Assembly (NCBI GenBank): GCA_963663685.2
Contig: CAXXDT010000004.1
Location: forward strand, 442-64,441
Source of the DNA: an uncultured Syntrophobacter sp.
GTDB taxonomy: Bacteria > Desulfobacterota > Syntrophobacteria > Syntrophobacterales > Syntrophobacteraceae
DNA: 64,000 bases
Direction of reading: 5' to 3'
Below, in pieces: positions 58,968 to 64,000 of this stretch (its first letter is position 1; each line of letters begins with the position of its first letter). Both the position numbers and the translations under genes were made by a program. The notes beneath the pieces were generated by a model. That model made no database searches and was not told the DNA's origin. It saw nothing but the letters and a program-made list of their open reading frames with translations.

Positions 58968-59775
58968 TGATTGTGATAATCGAAAAATCACCCACCTGAA
59001 TAGAAAATGATCATGCAAAACTCACCCACCCGTAAAAGGACTTCTGGTAACACGGAGAAAATGATGAACGGGGCTAACGTGTTGCTGGAGGGTGGGAGGA
59101 ATGATCACTATGGATCAGTATGAGTACATACGCATTGCACACCGTGTGTATGAGAAAGGAATCCGTCAGATTCAGAGGGAAACGGGCCACGACCGGCAGA
59201 CCATCCGGAAAGCTTTGCGGGGGGAGCCGCAAGGCTATGCAGAGAGGGATCATCAGCCTTGGCCGGTGATTGGGCCATACCGGGAGATCATCGAGCGTTG
59301 GCTTGAGGCTGACAAAGACATTTCGAAGAAGCAGCGCCACACGGCGAGAAGGGTCTATCATCGACTGGTGAGCGAACATGGCTACGGAGGCAGTGAAGTC
59401 ACGGTCCGTCGCCATGTACGGGAAATAAAACGTTTGCTCGGGATGAGCGAGTGCAAGGCGTTTGTGCCCCTGGAGCCGGACTGCGGACAGGAGGCGGAGG
59501 TCGATTGGGGTAGTGCCGAAGGCATCATCTCCGGGGAGCGGGTTCGAATGAAGTTTTTCTGCATGCGCTCCAAGTATTCGGGAAAGCATTTTGTTGGCTG
59601 CTACCCTTGCGAACGCCAGCAGGCTTTCTTCGATGGGCATATGCGCGCTTTCAGTTTCTTCGGGGGTGTGTTCTCGACCCTCATCTATGACAATCTTACG
59701 AGCGCCGTCCAGAAAGTGTTGAGAGGCAAGGATCGGAGGGAACAGGAGGCCTTCGTTAAGTTTCGCGGGTGGCAC
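58968..59775 (+). mobile_element. IS21-family element, left end plus truncated istA
   Basis: TG-initiated end with repeated sub-terminal motifs GATAATCGAAAAATCACCCACC (58975) and GATCATGCAAAACTCACCCACC (59009); no istB or right end. Confidence 0.75.
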
Positions 59776-59925
59776 GGGCAACTTGTTGGCCGTGCGCGTA
59801 GCGCAAGAGGGCCAAACCAGCCAGGTAGGGTGGGCATTGAGCGTCCCACTTTCTATGTACCACGGGTGAATGGAGTCCTGCCCACCCGCCGCCCACGGAG
59901 TGTGGTGACCGGTGCTGAAGAGTGA
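59101..59925 (+). pseudogene. istA: IS21 transposase IstA, C-terminally truncated
   Basis: HTH GIRQIQRETGHDRQTIRK, RHTARRVYHRL, EAEVDWG, IYDNL; homology ends near FVKFRGWH, before the catalytic Glu. Confidence 0.88.
59825..59890 (+). repeat. GTAG-type REP/MITE-like element, copy 2
   Basis: GTAGGGTGGGCA...TGCCCACC terminal stem around the core shared with 54889-54947. Confidence 0.7.
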
Positions 59926-60168
59926 CCTCGGCACCCCCAAAATACACGGATGACAGGATTATATTTTTCCTACGGAAACGAAACGCCGTTCAGATCTAAC
60001 CAATTTAATTCATTCAATATACATCCGAAGCACCAATGGCCGAACCCCGGCTTCGGTTGATAATGTCAGCTTTTCCCGCCTGCCGGTCCGGTTAACGACG
60101 TTGAGTGGGATGCACTCGTTCAAAGCTGTGCCCCGCGCAGCCGCCTCAACGGATTGGCGTCCCTCCGG

Positions 60169-60915
60169 CTACCACGGCTTCAGCGTGAAGGTGCTCGCGG
60201 CTTTGACGATCTCGCCCGGATGTTTGTTTGCGACCTGGACGAACTGTTCGGCCCACTCGTCAATGATCAAGTCGGCTTCCCCGTACCAGGTGAGGCCCCG
60301 CAGGTTGATGGGCGCAACTTTTCCCTGCTCCCGGTCGGCGGCCATGACCAGTACCGTGCCCGTATCGGTATCGACCACCCTTGCCTCGAATGCCACGGTT
60401 GCCTTTGCCCCGGACTCCGTCGCCGCCGCCTGGACCACCACGCCGGAGCCATAGGGTGCGGCAATGGACACCGCTTCGAGGACGGGATTGCTCGGCACCA
60501 GTTCGGTGAGCGCCATTTCCAGGGTCAATGAGCCCGGTTCCGGCGTATTCAGCACTTCATAGAGTTTCCTGGGATCCTTCTCGAAGGACTCCCGGAATTT
60601 TCCCCGCATATAAAGCGCGATCTTCTGAGTATCCTGCTCCATGTCCTGGCGGCGGAAATTCTGCTGCCACCAGTTTGCTTCCATGAGGTATTTGGTGTTG
60701 ACATCCTTGATGTAGATCGTCTTGTACTTATCCCAGTCCACCCCCTCCTTGACCCATGCCCTGTTGAAGGGATAGTCGGTTCTGTTTGCCACCTCCTCCA
60801 TGGGAATAAAACCGGCCCCCTGGGAAGGCTTGGCTTTCATCGATGCGCAACCGGTCAGACCCACACTCGCTGCAGCCAGGAGAAAAACTGCAATACGGAA
60901 CGACTTCCTGCTCAT
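60169..60915 (-). CDS. DUF3313-like lipoprotein
   Basis: Lipobox LTGC; GAGFI, LEMALTEL, AFEARVVDTDTG, IDEWA. Confidence 0.7.
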   Translation of the reverse strand: MSRKSFRIAVFLLAAASVGLTGCASMKAKPSQGAGFIPMEEVANRTDYPFNRAWVKEGVDWDKYKTIYIKDVNTKYLMEANWWQQNFRRQDMEQDTQKIALYMRGKFRESFEKDPRKLYEVLNTPEPGSLTLEMALTELVPSNPVLEAVSIAAPYGSGVVVQAAATESGAKATVAFEARVVDTDTGTVLVMAADREQGKVAPINLRGLTWYGEADLIIDEWAEQFVQVANKHPGEIVKAASTFTLKPW

Positions 60916-61523
60916 GGGTTGATTTCCTTTCCTTTGGAATGATCAAACGATCTACACTTCGCTTCCGCCAGCTTCCGTCCAACGTTAGTTATTACTCACC
61001 GTCAAGCACCGTATTCCCTTATCATGTATCAGCCGATATCATTAAAATACAGGAATATGCAAGTTATGCGATAACCGATGCCAATATTCCAATGGAAATG
61101 TGCCTGCTCCATATTGATGACCGATTGTTCGATTGAAATTGACGATACTTTTGGAACAGGAGGATGTCAACCACAAGAACGTGATCCTGAGTGCCTTTGG
61201 CTTGGCAGGCTGCACCGTCAAGGCGGCTTGCCGGTATGTCGAATCAGGGAATCAAGCCCGGGGATGGGAAGAAATGATTCCCCCATGCTGACCGGGGCTG
61301 CGGAAATTGACACCCGCCGCCGTTTTTGTTATGGATAGGCCGCAGGTCCGGGCGGGATTGCCCGCAGACGAACAGAGGCATCGACGGTTTGCGCCTCATG
61401 AGCCCGGGGCAGGACGGTTTTTTCCGCAGGCAGGCGGCGCCACCTTCCCGGATGCCTTCCAACCTTCAGAGAACGGAGCGGAATCGGTTGAACGTGGCCA
61501 CGAATCCAGGTGTTCCAACAAAA

Positions 61524-61904
61524 GTGCGCAGGCGTGGCCGAGAGGGAAAGGGATGGCCGCTCGTCAGCCGGACGGCGATCCTATTGCTCCTGTCCGTTCT
61601 TTGCCTGGCTCCCGTCTCGCATGCCCTGGATTTCCACGATTCCACCCGGTTATCCCGGCTGAACGGCTTCCCTGCTTTTGCCTTTCAGGACCGGTTGGCC
61701 GGCAGCGTCGTTCCCGCCTATGATCTCCGAACATCGGGCGGCTGCCTCCAGCTTTTCAATTCAGCGGCATTATTGGTTCCCGGCCTTCCTGCCGGACAAC
61801 TTCCACGCAGGTCCGCGATCGAATCGACCCGGGCGGGATTCCCTGCCCCGATGTTCGTGGACCTGGCAATCAAGGTCCGTGCCCCTCCCCAACCCCTCTT
61901 TTGA
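61524..61904 (+). CDS. Hypothetical signal-peptide protein ending in a RAPP motif
   Basis: Basic N-terminus + AILLLLSVLCLAPVSHA; C-terminus IKVRAPPQPLF. Start uncertain. Confidence 0.4.
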   Translation: MRRRGREGKGWPLVSRTAILLLLSVLCLAPVSHALDFHDSTRLSRLNGFPAFAFQDRLAGSVVPAYDLRTSGGCLQLFNSAALLVPGLPAGQLPRRSAIESTRAGFPAPMFVDLAIKVRAPPQPLF

Positions 61905-62103
61905 CAAACGGCTTCCATTATCCCGGAATTGTCCTTCGTATGCCGCGGCACAACCGCCGGCATAGGTGCGCCCCCGCCCCTTCGGCACGAGAATGTGTTC
62001 GGAGCGGCGATGCAACGCAGGAGGACCGCGCCGAATCGAACGATTTCGGCGCGCTTGGATGAATCCGACACGAAGGGTCGTAGCGGATTCGAAGGAGAGG
62101 AAC

Positions 62104-62211
62104 ATGTCGGAAGTCACCTGGGGTGAACTCGCGGGATTGCTGATCGTACTCCTGCCGTTGGTGATCCTTATCTGGCCCGCATTCAGGAAAAAGAACCGGG
62201 GCCCGAAATAA
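62104..62211 (+). CDS. 35-aa single-TM small protein
   Basis: GGAGAGG SD; MSEVTWGELAGLLIVLLPLVILIWPAFRKKNRGPK. Confidence 0.55.
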   Translation: MSEVTWGELAGLLIVLLPLVILIWPAFRKKNRGPK

Positions 62212-62258
62212 TACCGGATTGCGTTCAAGAAAGCGCCAAACGATGTTTCTCAAAAAAG

Positions 62259-62400
62259 TGGGGAACCGTGCTCCCCACACCCCTACGCCGCTACGCGGCT
62301 TTGTATAGCGCCGCGGCAACGCCGCGAGCGCCGAATGTTCGGCCCACGCGCCGGCGCGTGGGCCGAAACCCCGAGGGGTGCGGGGGAATCATTCCCCCGC
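62259..62400. repeat. Pair of REP-like palindromes in opposite orientation
   Basis: TGGGGAACCGTGCTCCCCACACCCC and GGGGTGCGGGGGAATCATTCCCCCGC between convergent genes. Confidence 0.45.
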
Positions 62401-62451
62401 TCTTCTGGGGGATGCCAAGACTATCATCTTGCACGCAAATCAGCATCGCGC

Positions 62452-63345
62452 CTATTGTGGGATGGAGCTGACCAGTCCGATGAAATCGGTGAGAGACATT
62501 CCGTAGTATTTCTGCCAGATACGGTTGAATTCGGAATTCTTGTCCGTGCGCTGCCGTTCGAAGAACCCCCGCACGGCCTCCTGGAGGTTCCTGTCCTCTT
62601 TCCGGAAAGCCCAGCCGATTTCATCCGTCGGTCCGACGGCAAAGGCCATCTCCATCTCGGGATACTGATTCCGGACCGTCCAGATGGCGGCATCCGCATC
62701 GATGATGGTGAAGTCCGCCTCGCCGCCGGCCACGGCACGCAATCCCTCATCCACGGGCATGAGCCGGATTGTCACGGGCCGGGACGCAAACACTCCTTGG
62801 TTCTGTTCCAGCAGCCACGTGTGAAAGGATGTATCTTTTGCGACGGTGGCAGTCTTCCCTGCAAGATCGGCCAGTGTATTGAACTGATCTCTCATGGAGC
62901 GCTTCACCACGACCATTCTCCGGTTCGGGAAAAGCGTGACGAAATCGACTTTTTTGAGACGCCAGTCGTTTTTCGCCAGGTTGTTCGGGTAGAAATCGCA
63001 CTGCCCGGAAGCCAGGAGTTCAGGCGTATAGGTGTCTTCATAGGCCGTCACCCCGTCCTTGTTGAAGAACTGCTCATCCCATCCGACGCACCGGAAACGG
63101 GGAACGACACCGTTGCCGAGACTGGATGCAAAGGCCATCGCCGCATCGTATGCCGGACCACTGATTTTGCAGTCGTCACGGCACCCTTCGGGCTGTGCGG
63201 AACACACGGAAGGGTGGATGGGAGAAAGGCAGACGCGAATTTCTTTTGTTTCCCTGATGTCTTCAAGCGAACGCCCTGCGGCGGTGATTGAAGAACAGAA
63301 CAGCGCAACGAAAACCACCACGAATGACGACAGCACCCTCTTCAT
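62452..63345 (-). CDS. Family 3 substrate-binding domain protein (MltF N-terminal-like)
   Basis: Signal peptide; RSLEDIRETKEIRV, LADLAGKT, GEADFTIID, IGWAFRK, FNRIWQKYY. Confidence 0.85.
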   Translation of the reverse strand: MKRVLSSFVVVFVALFCSSITAAGRSLEDIRETKEIRVCLSPIHPSVCSAQPEGCRDDCKISGPAYDAAMAFASSLGNGVVPRFRCVGWDEQFFNKDGVTAYEDTYTPELLASGQCDFYPNNLAKNDWRLKKVDFVTLFPNRRMVVVKRSMRDQFNTLADLAGKTATVAKDTSFHTWLLEQNQGVFASRPVTIRLMPVDEGLRAVAGGEADFTIIDADAAIWTVRNQYPEMEMAFAVGPTDEIGWAFRKEDRNLQEAVRGFFERQRTDKNSEFNRIWQKYYGMSLTDFIGLVSSIPQ

Positions 63346-63763
63346 TTCAAGCTCCTGGCAAGTCGGCTGATCTTTGGCAAAATCGCGCAACAGCGCAAGA
63401 ACAACGTGAACCTACTGCGGAAAAGATGCGCCCCTCTTGCATCATTCGTGGAAAGTGGAAAATCGTGAGGAGCGAAGGATGTGGCTCATTTGGCAGTGAA
63501 ACTATACCGTTTTTTTGAAATCTTCTGAACTGTTTTGTAAGCTGGCGTTTTTTTTTTGACTCGAGGTAGTTCTATCTTCTCCATGGTCCTGGCAAATGCG
63601 GGTCGCGTCAAGAAACATCTTTCGACTCGCATGGCGAAACCCGCAATTCCGTTCCACAGCCATTCTGCGGGAAAATGGCTCAACGGCCGCAGGAGTGAGG
63701 CTCTCTGCCGTTGCCGTCGGCACGGACCAGTGGTTATAAAGTCTTTTGTCGCACGAATATTTC

Positions 63764-63792
63764 GGAACTTTTTCATTCTTCCGGCGTATCTA
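63764..63792 (+). promoter_or_regulatory. ECF-type promoter, probably autoregulatory
   Basis: GGAAC(63764)-N16-CGTA(63785)TCTA just upstream of the ECF sigma gene. Confidence 0.55.
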
Positions 63793-63825
63793 CTATCGGA
63801 AATGGAAATTTCGAGAGGGGAAACG

Positions 63826-64000
63826 ATGGAAGACCGTCTGGTCATAAGCAAGGTCAAGAATGGGGACGCCGAAGCCTTTGCGATACTCGTGGAGAAGTAT
63901 CACAGGCGGCTCTTGACCTTCATCTACCGGCTGGTGCAGGACAAAAAGCTCGTGGAGGACATCGGCCAGGACGTCTTCCTCCATGTGTACAAGTCCCTGA
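63826..64000 (+). CDS. ECF RNA polymerase sigma factor, 3'-truncated by the window edge
   Basis: MEDRLVISKVKNGDAEAFAILVEKYHRRLLTFIYRLVQDKKLVEDIGQDVFLHVYKSL matches sigma region 2; not in the ORF track. Confidence 0.88.
   Translation, partial: MEDRLVISKVKNGDAEAFAILVEKYHRRLLTFIYRLVQDKKLVEDIGQDVFLHVYKSL

Noticed and set aside
1-64000. rRNA, tRNA or prophage genes
   Set aside because: None recognised by eye; tRNAscan-SE or Infernal would be needed to exclude small RNAs formally.

Overview
The window looks like two unrelated genomes joined at a GATC site (17497-17500). The taxonomic labels below are inferred from gene families only. LEFT (1-17500), planctomycete-type DNA: two PEP-CTERM proteins, two tandem pairs of large secreted uncharacterised (glycoside-hydrolase-like) paralogs, one fused to a Gfo/Idh/MocA oxidoreductase, a GntR regulator whose probable palindromic operator (TGCATWATGYA) follows three sigma70 promoters, a DUF1559 prepilin-like protein with its lipoprotein partner, an alpha/beta hydrolase, a Kelch-like propeller and a truncated RidA. 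RIGHT (17497-64000), deltaproteobacterial-type (Syntrophobacter-like) DNA: a sigma54-driven operon (Fe-ADH, aminotransferase, polar amino-acid ABC transporter) with a highly structured leader, a GcvT-SHMT fusion, and a ~26 kb phosphate-starvation region. That region holds phoB, pstB, pstSCA, PIN-PhoH, a phosphonate-type ABC transporter, an OlsF-like ornithine-lipid synthase, a PHP+GT4 fusion, a methyltransferase/PS-decarboxylase-like pair and a secreted metallophosphoesterase, with 11-bp-periodic Pho-box-like repeats at four promoters. The best candidate for an undescribed system is a Pho-boxed three-gene operon (27517-32057): a glutamine-synthetase/glutamate-cysteine-ligase-fold-like protein, a pyruvoyl PS-decarboxylase homolog and a divergent Lgt-family diacylglyceryl transferase. 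It is bracketed by oppositely oriented composite repeat arrays and may make a phosphorus-free aminolipid. The end of the window carries an ISL3, a truncated IS21, REP-like elements, a RAPP-ending signal-peptide ORF and a partial ECF sigma factor. Three single-base indels in short C/G runs suggest sequencing error. No rRNA, tRNA or CRISPR array was recognised.
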